Part shown: one piece after another, positions 14,648 to 32,703 of the stretch
Numbering within the stretch: the stretch's first letter is position 1
Layout of the letters: every line of letters starts with the position of its first letter
Origin: the human T2T-CHM13v2.0 reference genome, Homo sapiens
DNA: 64,000 nucleotides
Strand: one strand, 5' to 3'
NCBI RefSeq assembly: GCF_009914755.1
Contig: NC_060926.1
Position numbers and translations under genes: made by a program
The notes under the pieces: model-generated
The model's database searches: none
What the model was told of the DNA's origin: nothing
The model's input: only the letters and a program-made list of their open reading frames with translations

Positions 14648-15959
14648 GAGTTATGTTTTTTATTTTCATTATTTTATATACAAAGAAACTGAGGCTTAGA
14701 GGGGTTAGTAACATGTTCAATGTAAACAAACTCACAAATGATCTAGATAAGACAAGACCAAGTCAATTTGACTAGCACCTGTGGTTCTAGCCACTACACT
14801 GTGTTTGGTAAACCTCAGTCATTAGAGTGTCCCCTTCTAACCAGATCCACAAATAATCTATGTTATTAACATTTTTCCTTAAATTGACTCATTTTTTAAA
14901 ACATAAATTTATTTGAAAATAAAACCGGAGGAGCCAAGATGGCCGAATAGGAACAGCTCCAGTCTATAGCTCCCGGTGTGAGCGACGCAGAAGACGGGTG
15001 ATTTCTGCATTTCCATCTGAGGTACCGGGTTCATCTCACTAGGGAGTGCCAGACAGTGGGTGCAGGTCAGTGGGTGCAGCTCACCGTGCACGAGCCTAAG
15101 CAGGGTGAGACATTGCCTCACTCGGGATGCGAAAGGGATCAGAGAATGCCCTTTCCTAGTCAAAGAAAGGGGTGACAGACGGCACCTGGAAAATCGGGTC
15201 ACTCCCACCCTAATACCGCACTTTTCCGATGGGCTTAAAAAATGGCGCACCAGGAGATTATATCCTGCACCTGGCTGGGAGGGTCCTTCACCCATGGAGT
15301 CTCACGGATTGCTAGCACAGCAGTCTGAGATCAAACTGCAAGGTGGCAGCGAGGCTGGGGGAGGGGCGCCCGCCATTGCCCAGGCTTGCTTAGGTAAACA
15401 AAGAAGCCTCAAAGCTACAACTGGGTGGAGCCCACCACAGCTCAAGGAGGCCTGCCTGCCTCTGTAGGCTCCGCCTCTGGGGGCAGGGCACAGACAAACA
15501 AAAAGACAGCAGTAACCTCTGCAGAATTAAATGTCCCTGTCTGACAGCTTTGAAGAGAGCAGTGGTTCTCCCAGCACGCGGATGGAGATCTGAGAACGGG
15601 CAGACTGCCTCCTCAAGTGGGTCTCCGACCCCTGACCCCTGAGCAGCCTAACTGGGAGGCACTCCCCAGTAGGGGCAGACTGACACCTCACACAGCCGGG
15701 TACTCCTCTGAGACAAAACTTCCAGAGGAACGATCACACAGCAGCATTCATGGCTCACGAAAAACCACTGTTCTGCAGACACCACTGCTGATAGCCAGGC
15801 AAACAGGGTCTGGAGTGGACCTCTAGCAAACTCTAACAGACCTGCAGCTGAGGGTCCTGTCTGTTAGAAGGAAAACTAACAAACAGAAAGGACATCCACA
15901 CCAAAAACCCATCTGTACATCACCATCATCAAACACCAAAAGTAGATAAAACCACAAAC

Positions 15960-16973
15960 ATGGGGAATAAACAGAGCAGAAAAACTGGAAACTCTAAAAA
16001 GCAGAGCACCTCTCCTCCTCCAAAGGATCGCAGTTCCTCACCAACAATGGAACAAAGCTGGACGGAGAATGACTTTGACAAGTTGAGAGAAGAAGGCTTC
16101 AGACGATCAAACTACGAGCTACAGGAGGAAATTCAAACCAAAGGCAAAGAAGTTAAAAACTTTGAAAAAAATTTAGATGAATGTATAACAAGAATAACTA
16201 ATACAGAGAAGTGCTTAAAGGAGCTGATGGAGCTGAAAGCCAAGGCATGAGAACTACGTGAAGAATGCAGAAGCCTCAGGAGCCGATGTGATCAACTGGA
16301 AGAAAGGGTATCAGTGATGGAAGATGAAATGAATGAAATGAAGTGAGAAGGTAAGTTTAGAGAAAAAAGAATAAAAAGAAATGAACAAAGCCTCCAAGAA
16401 ATATGGGACTATGTGAAAAGACCAAATCTACATCTGATTGGTGTACCTGAAAGTGACAGGGGGAATGGAACCAAGTTGAAAAACACTCTGCAGGATATTA
16501 TCCAGGAGAACTTCCCCAATCTAGCAAGGCAGGCCAACGTTCAGATTCAGGAAATACAGAGAACGCCACAAAGATACTCCTCGAGAAGACCAACTCCAAG
16601 ACACATAATTGTCAGATTCACCAAAGTTGAAATGAAGGAAAAAATGTTAAGGGCAGCCAGAGAGAAAGGTCGGGTTACTCTCAAAGGGAAACCCATCAGA
16701 CTAACAGCGGATCTCTCGGCAGAAACTCTACAAGCCAGAAGAGAGTGGGGGCCAATATTCAACATTCTTAAAGAAAAGAATTTTCAACCCAGAATTTCAT
16801 ATCCAGCCAAACTAAGCTTCATAAGTGAAGGAGAAATAAAATCCTTTACAGACAAGCAAATGCTGAGAGATTTTGTCACCACCAGGCCTGCCCTAAAAGA
16901 GCTCCTGAAGGAAGCACTAAACATGGAAAGGAACAAGTGGTACCAGCCACTGCAAAATCATGCCAAAATGTAA
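15960..16973 (+). pseudogene. L1 ORF1 (RNA chaperone), disrupted
   Basis: MGNKQSRKTG... to ...QNHAKM; premature TGA at 16248-16250 and near 16343. Confidence 0.9.
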
Positions 16974-17036
16974 AGAGCATCGAGACTTGGAAGAAACTGC
17001 ATCAACTAATGGGTGAAATAACCAGCTAACATCATA

Positions 17037-20859
<3,823 letters not shown>

Positions 20860-21777
20860 ACAATGAGAACACATGGACACAGGAAGGGGAACATCACACT
20901 CTGGGGACTGTTGTGGGGTGGGGGGAGGGGGAGGGATAGCATTGGGAGATATACCTAATGCTAGATGACGAGTTAGTGGGTGAAGCGCACCAGCATGTCA
21001 CATGTATACATACGTAACTAACCTGCACATTGTGCACATGTACCCTAAAACTTAAAGTATAATAATAAAAAAAAAAGAAAACCAATAATGACAGATTAGT
21101 ATTTCAGACCAACCTTTCTGCTAAACTAAAAAATAACTATTCAGTATTTTTTATAATTAATAATAAAAATAACAACCTCTTAAAGAACTTAACAAGATGG
21201 TGAGGAACGAATGTGACAAGTGAAGATCTCCTTTTGGAAATTTGGATAGCTACTCCAAATCAGAGATTCTTTTGTGAAAAACTGAGGGTAAGCACTGGGG
21301 CATTCACCAACTCAGGGAGGAGGACAGGGCTTTGGAAAGATCATGAAGGAATCTGAGTGAAAAACTGCAGCAGTCAGCTGGGATCCTTGATAACTGGAGC
21401 AATTAAAAAGGCTTCAAGCTTTGGTCCTGGACTTTTAATGCTTTCAGGAATACGGCAGAAGGATGCAGCATGTTCATTGGAAGAGGCTAATATACTTACA
21501 TATCAAATTATTTCTGTGAGCATTTTTAATTCAATGTCTAGTAAATAACCAAAGTGCAAGGTACATGAAGAGAAAGAACCTGAGCCAGAACCAGCGAAAA
21601 CAAAAGGCATCTGTAGAAATTATCACAAACAGATTATAAAACAACACTGCTTACTGTGTTCATGGAGATGAAAGCTGAGCTTAAAATTTTAAGCAAGGAA
21701 TTTAAAATTATGAACACTGACATTTAAAATTTTGAAAAATAAGCAAATATCAATTCCAAAACTGATAACTGATATTA

Positions 21778-22156
<379 letters not shown>

Positions 22157-22313
22157 TTAGAAGAAACTCTCCAGAATAAAGCATAGCATATGAAATAGGA
22201 AATAGAAAAAGAAGGTAAACATAGAATCAGAAAAAGTATTTAATAATAGTAATATACATATATATACACATACATTCATACATACATATACTTCTAGCAA
22301 ACTAAAACTATAA

Positions 22314-22623
<310 letters not shown>

Positions 22624-23695
22624 AAAAGTTAACTTATTTAATCTGAGAATGTTCTCTTTCAGGTCAGGAACAAGACAAAAATGGCCCTTATCAATGCTTC
22701 TATTCAATACTGTAATGGAGGTTCTAACCAGTACAGCAAGGCAATAAAAATAAGTAAAAGGTATAAGCACTGGTAAAAGGAAGCAAAATTGTCATTCATA
22801 GGTGGCAATATCCTATACATGGACAACCTAACATAATGTACACAAAAATTATTAGAATTCATAGTACTCATATTAATATGTATTAATATTAGTATACCAA
22901 GGTTGCTTATAAAATCAATATAAATTATATTTTTATGTTCTAGAAAAAATAAGACACAGTTTTTTTAAAGATTCTATTTTCAATAGCAAAGACACCAAAT
23001 ATGTAGAAATGAATCTGGCAAAAGATTGTATAGCACCTCTGCAAAGAAACAATAAAACTTTACAAGAGGCTGCTCTGCCTATGGAGTAGCCATTCTTTAT
23101 TCTTTTACTTTCTTAATGAAAAAAAGACAAAACAACTTTATAAGAGAAATTAAAATTAAAGAAGACCTCAGTAAGTGAAAATGTATACAATGTTCTTTAT
23201 TTTGCAAAGCTCTCCATTCTTGCCAAATTTATTCATACATTCATTACAATATTAAACAACCCTCAATAGGACTTCTTTTTTAGAACTTGGCAAATAGTTT
23301 CCAAAATGTAATGCAAAGGTTCAAGAGTTAAAAAGACACTTATGAAGAAGAACAACAAGGTAGGAGGGCATTTTCTATAGCAACACTCATTACAAAGCTA
23401 TAATATCTAAGGTAGGACAGTATTTGCCCATGGACATAGACAAATAAAATGGAATGGAGGGTTCAGAAGTAGATTTAGAGACACTTGCCTATGGCACAGA
23501 CGGAACTGCAAAACAGTGGAAAGGACAGAGCTTACAATAAAAGGTACTGGGACAACTGGGTATCCTTATGATAAAAAGTAATATTAGACATTTACCTCAT
23601 ACCATTAAAAAAAACAAGTCTAGGATTATGGGTCTGAGTATTAGAGGCAAAATAATAAAGCCTTTAGAAGATTAAAAGGAAAATGGATTCATGAC

Positions 23696-25935
23696 TGTAT
23701 TAGTCCGTTTTCATGCTGCTGATAAAGGTATACCCAAGACTGGGAAGAAAAAGATGTTTAATTGGACTTACAGTTTCACATGGCTGGGGAGGCCTTAGAA
23801 TCATGGTGGGAGGTAAAAGGCACTTCTTACATGGTGGTGGCAGGAGAAAAATCAGGAAGAAGCAAAAGCAGAAACCCCTATAAGCTCGTCAGATCTTGTG
23901 AGACTTATTCACCATCACGAGAATAGCACAGGAAAGACCTGCCCCATGATTGAATTACCTCCTACTGGGCCCCTCCCATAACACATGGGAATTCTGAGAG
24001 ATACAATTAAAGTTGAGATTTGGGTGGGGACACAGCCATACCATATCATTCCACCCTGTCCCCTCCCAAATCTCATATACTCACATTTCAAAACTAATCA
24101 TGCCTTTCCAATAGTTCCCCAAAGTCTCAGCTCATTTCAGCATTAACCCAAAAGTCCAAGTCCAAAGTCCCATCTGAGACAAGGCACGTCCCTTCTACCT
24201 ATGAGCCTAGAAAATCAAAAGCAAGTTAGTTACTTACTAGATACAGTGGGGGTACAGGCATTGAGTAAATAGAGCCATTTTAATGGGAGAAATTGGCCAA
24301 AACAAAGGGGCTACAGGCCCCACACAAGTCCAAAATCCAGCAGGGTAGTCAAATCTTAAAGTTACAAAATGATCTCCTTTGACTCCTGTCTCAAATCCCG
24401 GTCACACTGATGCAAGAGGTGGGTTTCCGTGATCTTGAGCAGCTCTGCCCCTATGGCTTTGCAAGGTACAGCCTCCTTCCGGCTGCTTTCACGGGCTGGC
24501 ATTGAATGTCTGCGGCTTTTCCAGGTGCAAGGTGCAAGCTGTTGGTTGATCTACCATTCTGGGGTCTGCAGGATGATGACCCTTTTCTCACAGCTCCATT
24601 AGGCAGTGCCCCAGTAGGGACTCTATGTGGCAGCTTCAACGCCACATTTCTCTTCTGTACTGCCTTAGCAGAGGTTCTCCATGAGGGCCCCACCCCTGTA
24701 GCAAACTTTTGCCTAGACATCCAGGTCTTTCCATACATCTTCTGGAACCTAGGAAGAGGTTTCCAAACCTCAATTCTTGACCTCTGTGCACCCGCAGGCT
24801 TAAACATTACATAGAGGCTGCCAGGGCTTGGGGCTTGCACCCTCTGTAGCCACAGCCTGACCTGTACTTTGGCCCCTTTTAGTTATGGCTGTAGTGGCTG
24901 GGATGAAGGACACCAAGTCCCTAGCACAGGAACCCTGGGCCCAGCCCATGAATCCATGTTTTCCTCCTACACTCTGCCCTGTGATGAGATGGGCTGTTGT
25001 GAAGACCTCCGACATGCCCTGGAGACATTCTCCCCATTGTCTTGGGAATTAACATTTAGCTCCTTGTTACTCATGCAAATTTCTGCAGCCAGCTTGTATT
25101 TCTCCTCAAAAAATGGGATTTTCTTTTCTATTGCATTGTCAGGCTGAAAATTTTCTGAACTTTTATGCTCTGTTTCCCTTTTAAAACTGAATGCCTTTAA
25201 CAGAACCCAGGTCACCTCTTAAGTGTTTTGCTGCTTAGAAATTTCTTCTGCCAGATATCCTAAATTATCTCTCTCAAGTTCAAAGTTCCACAAGTCTCTA
25301 GGGCAGGGGCAAAAAGAGTCATCTTTGCTCCAGTTCCCAATAAGTTCCTCATCTCCATCTGAGGCCACCTCACCCTGGACCTCATTGTTCATATCACTAT
25401 CAGCATTTTTGTCAAAGCCATTCAAAAAGTCTCTAGGAGGTTCCAAACTTTCCCACATTTTCCCGTCTTCTTCTGAGCCTTCCACACTGTTCCAACCTCT
25501 GCCTGATACCAGTTCCAAAGTCACTTCCACATTTTCGGGTATCTTTTCAGCAACACTTCACTCTACTGGTACCAATTTACTGTATTAGTCCATTTTCATG
25601 CTGCTGATAAAGACATACCTGAGACTGGGAAGAAAAAGAGGTTTAATTGGACTTACAGTTCCACATGGCAGGGGAGGCCTCAGAATCATGTCAGGAGGCA
25701 AAAGGCACTTCATACATGGTGGCAGCAAGAGAAAAATGAGGTGGAAGCAAAAGCGGAAACCCCTGATAAATCCATCATATCTCATGAGACTTAGTCACTA
25801 TTATGAGAATAGCATGGGAAAGATCAGCCCCCATGATTCAATTACCTCCCACTGTGTCCCTCCCACAACACGTGAGAATTCTGAGAGATACAATTCAACT
25901 TGAGATTTCAGTGGGGACACAGCCAAACTATATCA
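23696..25935 (-). mobile_element. Complete THE1A MaLR provirus (3'LTR 23696-24048, internal 24049-25580, 5'LTR 25581-25935)
   Basis: Two about 353-bp TG...CA LTRs, THE1-int sequence, perfect 5-bp TSD ATGAC (23691-23695 and 25936-25940). Confidence 0.92.
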
Positions 25936-27099
25936 ATGACTTTGAAGTCAGGAAATTATTTCTTACATAAAATATAAAAGAACTAACCATAAAAGACAAA
26001 GATTGATAAATCAATTACATAAAAATTGTAAATGTTTCTTAATTGAAAGATACTATTAAGAGAATGAAAATGAGTGATACAGGATTGGAAAACATACCTG
26101 AAAAACATATAACCCACAAAGAACTAATATGCAAAATATTTAATGAACAAGTACAAATCGATAAGAAAAAGTGGGGTAACACAATAGAAAAAAAATGGAT
26201 GAAAGACTTAAACAAGCAATTTCACAAAGAAAAAAATCCAGATAGCCATTAAACATGCTGAAAGTCCCTCAATTTAATTAGAAATCAGAGAACTGCAAGT
26301 TAAAACTACAATGAAACACCACAATACATTTTTAAAACCAGATTGGTTTAAAAAATACAGTAGGATGACAGAAACATTCACAAGGATGTGGAACAACAGG
26401 ATCTTTTATATGTAGCTGGTACAAGTTCTGGTACAAGCTTGTTAGGAAAAAAATGCAGTGGTACCTTGCCAAGTTGCAGAAACACATATTCTATATTGTT
26501 AGGTATGGACCCAGGAGAAGTGTGTATACCAGGGAACACATATAAAAACATTTATTGCAACATTGTTTCTAATAACCATGAAGTAGAGATAACCCAAATG
26601 TCTATCAACAGCAAAACGGATCAATAAATTGTGGTACACAATGGCCACACATAACAAAATATTGGGGGAAAGATGCCACACACAGTACGGTAACATACTA
26701 CTTGATTCTATTCACAGGAGTTCAAACACAGGCAAAACTAAATTATATTACTCAGGGATGCATATCCAGTGATAAAACCAAGGAAATGACTGACACACAA
26801 GTTTGTTTATAACATGGGAAGGTGAGGGGTTAGGGTAGGGTGGAGCTACATCAAGTATTTGAATAAAGGGTAGAGCATAGTAGAGGTGGACCTGGGAGAC
26901 ATGTGAGATGCAGATATGCAGGTTGAGGTGAGGCACACAGGAGAGGGAGCTGAAGGATGGCAGGTGGCTGAGGAGGGCACAAGCTGGGAGCACCAAGACA
27001 AGCTGGGGAATAAAGGAGGCTGGCGGTGGGAAGGACTGGGCACAGGGATACCCCACCACTCAGGACACATTGTCAGTATACAATCACATTTCATCCCAT

Positions 27100-28620
27100 G
27101 GTCTCTAACCTAGCTTACTGCAAAAGCTTCCTAATGCATCTGCCAGCTTTTTCGCTTGTCCTGTCATCCATTATCATGCCTACAGTTCGACTGTTTAGCC
27201 AGAGCACGTCATCCTCTGCTCACTCCAGCCACACTGTTCTAATTGCTGTTCCTTGAATACATCAGCATGGCATTTACGCTTGCTGTTCCCTTTGCTTAGA
27301 ATACACCTCCCCTAGAATTGAGTCTCAGGATTTGACTCAATTGCTGTCTTCTCAATAAGGCTTTCCATAGATAGTTCCATCTAAATTATCATTTCCCTCC
27401 TTCCCCACATTCTATCATTTTCTTTGCTTTATACTTTTCTCCCTAGCACTTTTTGCTCTCTTGTAGTATTTATTATAGATTTTGTTGATTTATCTTGTTA
27501 GTCATCTTAACTTGCATTAGAAATGAAGCTCCATGAGGGTTGGGATTTTGGAATCTTTTCCACAATTTGATTCCCTAATATTTGGAAGAATGCTAGCGTA
27601 TACTCAGCATTCACTAAATATTTGTTGGATTAATGAATCTATCCATCCCATAATGAAAGTAGAAACCTTTCATTTCTTTCAATTCTTTGGCTCTTTCTTC
27701 TCCCTCACCCAGTTCTGCCCATTCAACTTTCTCAATATCCCTCTACTCCTTTATCTCCACCTCTATCACCATCACTCTAGTTCAGACTACATCATCTGTC
27801 ACCGAGACGATGGCAATAGAAACCTGACTCCCCACCTCTAGCCCTCTCTCCACAAAATCCATTGCTGCCCCTAACGTTCCCAGCTATGAGACTGATCCTC
27901 TTTTATATATATTTTGTTTTTTAAAGAGATGGGTCTCGCTATATTGCCCAGGCTTGACTGGAACTTCTGGGCTCAAGTGATCCTCCTGCCTCAGCCTCCC
28001 GAGTGGCTGGTATTACAGGCATGTGCCACGGTCCCCAGGTCCCAGGCTGATCTTAAAACATGTCCCTCTTCTGATAAAGGCTTCCAATGGCTCCTCATCA
28101 CACAGGTAGACAAAAACTCCTGCTCCTTGATGTTGCACACAAGGCCCTGCAACATCTAGTACACACCTAGTTCTCTAGCCCTTCTCTCATTACACTCTGA
28201 TTCACACCTTAAAAATAAGAACCACTGAACTGCTTTTGCATCCTGGAACATTGTTTCTGATCTAAGGAAGACTGGCTCATCTCTTCCCAATGTCTAGAAT
28301 GTCCTCCCACTCCTCATTTTACCAAGCTACCAATCCTATCCTTGAGCAATTTGTTGAAAGGGTTGCCTCTTTGGTGTTTATATGGTTGCCTTCCTCGTTA
28401 GGCTATGTGCTGTCCTCTGTGCTCCCGTAATTCTTATACATATCTCTCCCATGGTGTATACTGCACTCCATAACAGCCAAATGTTTATGTGTCTGCCTCC
28501 TCTACTGGAATCTGAGATCCCTGAGGATGAATTACTCATCTCCAAATGCCCAGTGCCTGTCATAATGTCTGGCACAAGGTAGGTGCACAAAAACTATTTG
28601 TTGAATGAGTAAATGAATAA
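27100..28620 (+). mobile_element. L2 3' fragments (two termini) with a FLAM monomer at about 27912-28040 (-)
   Basis: L2 termini aaatatttgttggattaatgaat and tatttgttgaatgagtaaatgaat. Confidence 0.65.
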
Positions 28621-29840
28621 ATTACACCATATAAAAGAAAAATAATTTTTGTAATAATCACTAAGTATATTACTAACAAGCAACTTGTGTCACTTTCAAA
28701 TACCCAGGCATTCAACATATGTCTTTTATAAATTCCATCTCTTGTGAAAGTAAAGAAATAGGCACAGAGCCCAGAAGAATCACATTTAACATGTCTTTTA
28801 TGGTCTTTTCATGCCCAGAAAGTTGATTCTCTTTATTATAAATGCCTCAGGCACTGAAAGATCACTTTTTTCTTTTTTTTTGTTCAACTTTATCCCTTTG
28901 CTAGTCTGCCTCTCTCATCCACAAAAAGAACTTCCAGCAAGCCACTATAACCAAATGAAACATTTATTATAATAAAACAATATTGGAGAAACTCAATATA
29001 CATTATTTTAGACATTTACAAAATAGGGATTTTCTCAAATAGTCTTCAGCGAAAATACTCTGATGGGAATTCATTTGGTTATAATCAGCTTGGCAAGGAA
29101 TACCAAGCAGGCACCGGGTTCAGAGAATGATATGCTCCACTAGGTGGAAATGTACTTGAATACTGCAGATATCAAAACAGAGATTTCCTTCAACAACTAA
29201 TATATTTAATTCCTCCATTATCACACAGATAATTCTATGAAAATAAATGATACATTTAAAAGTATCATCTGTCCATTTGCAAACTTTCCATTCTGACCTT
29301 GAAATTCTCTTGATAAAAGCTTTCCTGTGCCATCCGGAGCTAAGAGCAAGAAATCAAGACTCGAGTCTTTCTAACCAATTATTCCTTCACTCACTGCCTA
29401 AAGTTTCCCTAATCAAACAATGCCAGGGTAAAGGGCAAACTACAAAAGGCAGTTAGATCTGCCTTCTGAGTTTCTTGCTGGAGAAAAGTATATATAGAAA
29501 CCAGAATGAGCTCTGGTGTTATGCAATCTATAGGGATTGCCTGAAATAGACTCAGATGAATTAATGGCACGGGCAGATTTTACAGTGCAATTTTTAAAAA
29601 CACCATGAAGAATATAAAAGCCAGATGTAAACTATTTGAAATACAAGTAAATTATCAGAGAACATAAAGGAGTACACAAGATTCCTCCTATAGCACTTTT
29701 TTAATAAAGTCAATTTGTTACAAATGCAGCATATTCAAAGGTATAGTAAATTAATGCTGTGTTTATTGAGTACCCATTATGGATCAGGATTGGTGTTAGG
29801 CATTAGTGATACAAAGCTCAATAAAAAATGTACCCTTCCT

Positions 29841-29891
29841 AACAAACCTGCACATTGTGCACATGTACTCTAGAGCTTAAAGTAAAATTTT
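29841..29891 (+). mobile_element. 51-bp L1PA 3'-terminal insertion
   Basis: aacaaacctgcacattgtgcacatgtactctagagcttaaagt; 18-bp TSD at 29823-29840 and 29892-29909. Confidence 0.88.
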
Positions 29892-30720
29892 AAAAAAAGT
29901 ACCCTTCCTTTCACATGTTTAGCGTCCAGAAATAGACACACAAACAAGTATGTATATCAGATATAATAAATGTAATATGGGAGATGAGCACTAGGAAGAC
30001 AATATGGGGGGTGGGGGAGAAGCACATTCACAATATCTATGGCATTAGTGTAAAGAGCAGATCTCCAGAGAAAGTTGCACTGGTAATATACCCTCATAGG
30101 AGCCAACACACCTTACACTTGTCTGCACACTAGGTTGCACCATATGATATTGCTGATATTATGCCATTCCTGACCTATAGAAACAGCAAATTGACATGTT
30201 TTAACCTATTTGTTTCTAAAGCAAAGTTTCATTTATTTATTCCACAAATATTTGGCAATCACATAGCAAGTGCAGGTAGGGAGGATAAAGAGAAGGTAGA
30301 GTAGATGGAGACTAAGAGAAGCCAAGGACTATAGTCACCACTTAACAAAATGTTTTTTTCCCCTAAAATTTTCCCTGAAACAATATCATAGACTTAGCCC
30401 TCCAGGAGAACTATGCTGATCAGAGGACCCTATGGTTGGCCTTAGAGATAATAAGCCACAGAATCTTTGTGAGAATACCTGAAGCAGAGGTAGAGTCTTA
30501 GAAAGGAAGGTACCCCCAAATTCCTTGCCGGCAACTCTCATCCCTGGAGTCTGCTAGTTGTCCCTGTTATTTTATTCTCACCTTTATTCATAGTAATAAT
30601 CTCTGAATTTTGGCTGGGCATCAACTACCTAAAATAGACTGCATTGCTCAGCTTGCAGCCAGGCATGGCAAGTACAAAGAATGTGCAACTTCTGGAAAAC
30701 CAATGAGGGGCATGGATGTG

Positions 30721-30797
30721 CCTTCCTGCCTTCCTTCCCCTCTCCCTCCCTCCCTCCCTCCCTCCCTCCCTCCCTCCTTCCTTCCTTCCTTCCTTCC
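30721..30797. repeat. (CCTT/CCCT)n polypyrimidine microsatellite
   Basis: Direct reading. Confidence 0.95.
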
Positions 30798-31310
30798 TTC
30801 CTTCCTTCCTTCCTTCCGCCTTGGAAATCCCTCCCCATCCCCACCCCGCCAAGTCCTCTGCAAAGACTGATTTATTTTATGTTCCTATAGTTTTGTCTTG
30901 CCAAAAGATCATGTAAGTGAAATCATATGGAATGCAGCCTTTTGTGTCTGACATATTTTGTTTAGCGTAATACATTTGAGATGTGTACATGCTGTTGCTT
31001 GTATCAGTAGTGTTTTACTTTTTGTTGCTGAGTAATATTCCATTGTATGGAAGTATCACAGCTTGTTTACCCCTTCCCTGGTTGAAGGCATTTGGGCTGC
31101 TTTCAGTTTTAGCAGTTATAAATAAAGCTGCTATAAATGTTTACTTATAAATTTTTGTGTCAACATAGATTTCCAGTTTAAATGAATAAACACCCATGAG
31201 TAGGATTGCTGGGTCATGTGGTAAGTGTGTGTTTAATAGTATAAGGAACCGCCAAAACAAGCCAAAATAGTAAAAAGAACTGCCAAAATCGTATAAAGAA
31301 CTGCCAAGAT

Positions 31311-31596
31311 TATGCCTGTAATCCCAGCACTTTGGGAGGCCAAGATGGGCAGATCTCTTGAGGTCAGTAGTTGTAGACCAACCGGGGCAACATGGTGAAA
31401 CCCCGTCTCTACTGAAAACACACAAATTAGCCAGGCGTGGTGGCTGGTGCCTGTAATCCCAGCCATGCAGGAGGCTGAGGCATGAGAATTGCTTGAACCT
31501 AGGAAGCAGAGGTTGCAGTGAGCTGGGATCTCACCACTGCACTCCAGCCTGGGTGACAGAGCAAGACTCTGTCAAAAAAAAAAAAAAAAAAAAAAA
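31311..31596 (+). mobile_element. AluSx/Sz, 5'-truncated
   Basis: Begins at tatgcctgtaatccc; long A tail. Confidence 0.88.
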
Positions 31597-31842
31597 CCTG
31601 CCAAAATGTTGCACAAAGTGACCATGTTACTTTGCATTCCCCGCTAGCACTGTATGAGAATTCCAGTTGACGATACTTGACATGATCAGATTTTTTAGTT
31701 TAGACTTTCTGATAGGTAATACTAATAGCCCCCTGTGGTTTTAACCTGTATTTTTCTACTAATTAGTGGTATTGAACATCTTTTCTTGTTTTATTTGCCA
31801 TATATCTTCCTTGGTGAAGTGATTGAATTTCTGCTCTTTTAA

Positions 31843-32703
<861 letters not shown>

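Noticed and set aside
24451-25903. Multiple 70-130-aa ORFs
   Set aside because: Decayed THE1 internal and LTR sequence
29137-29150. CTCF-like ccactaggtgg
   Set aside because: Lacks the 3' C-R-C part of the motif; cannot be supported without ChIP data
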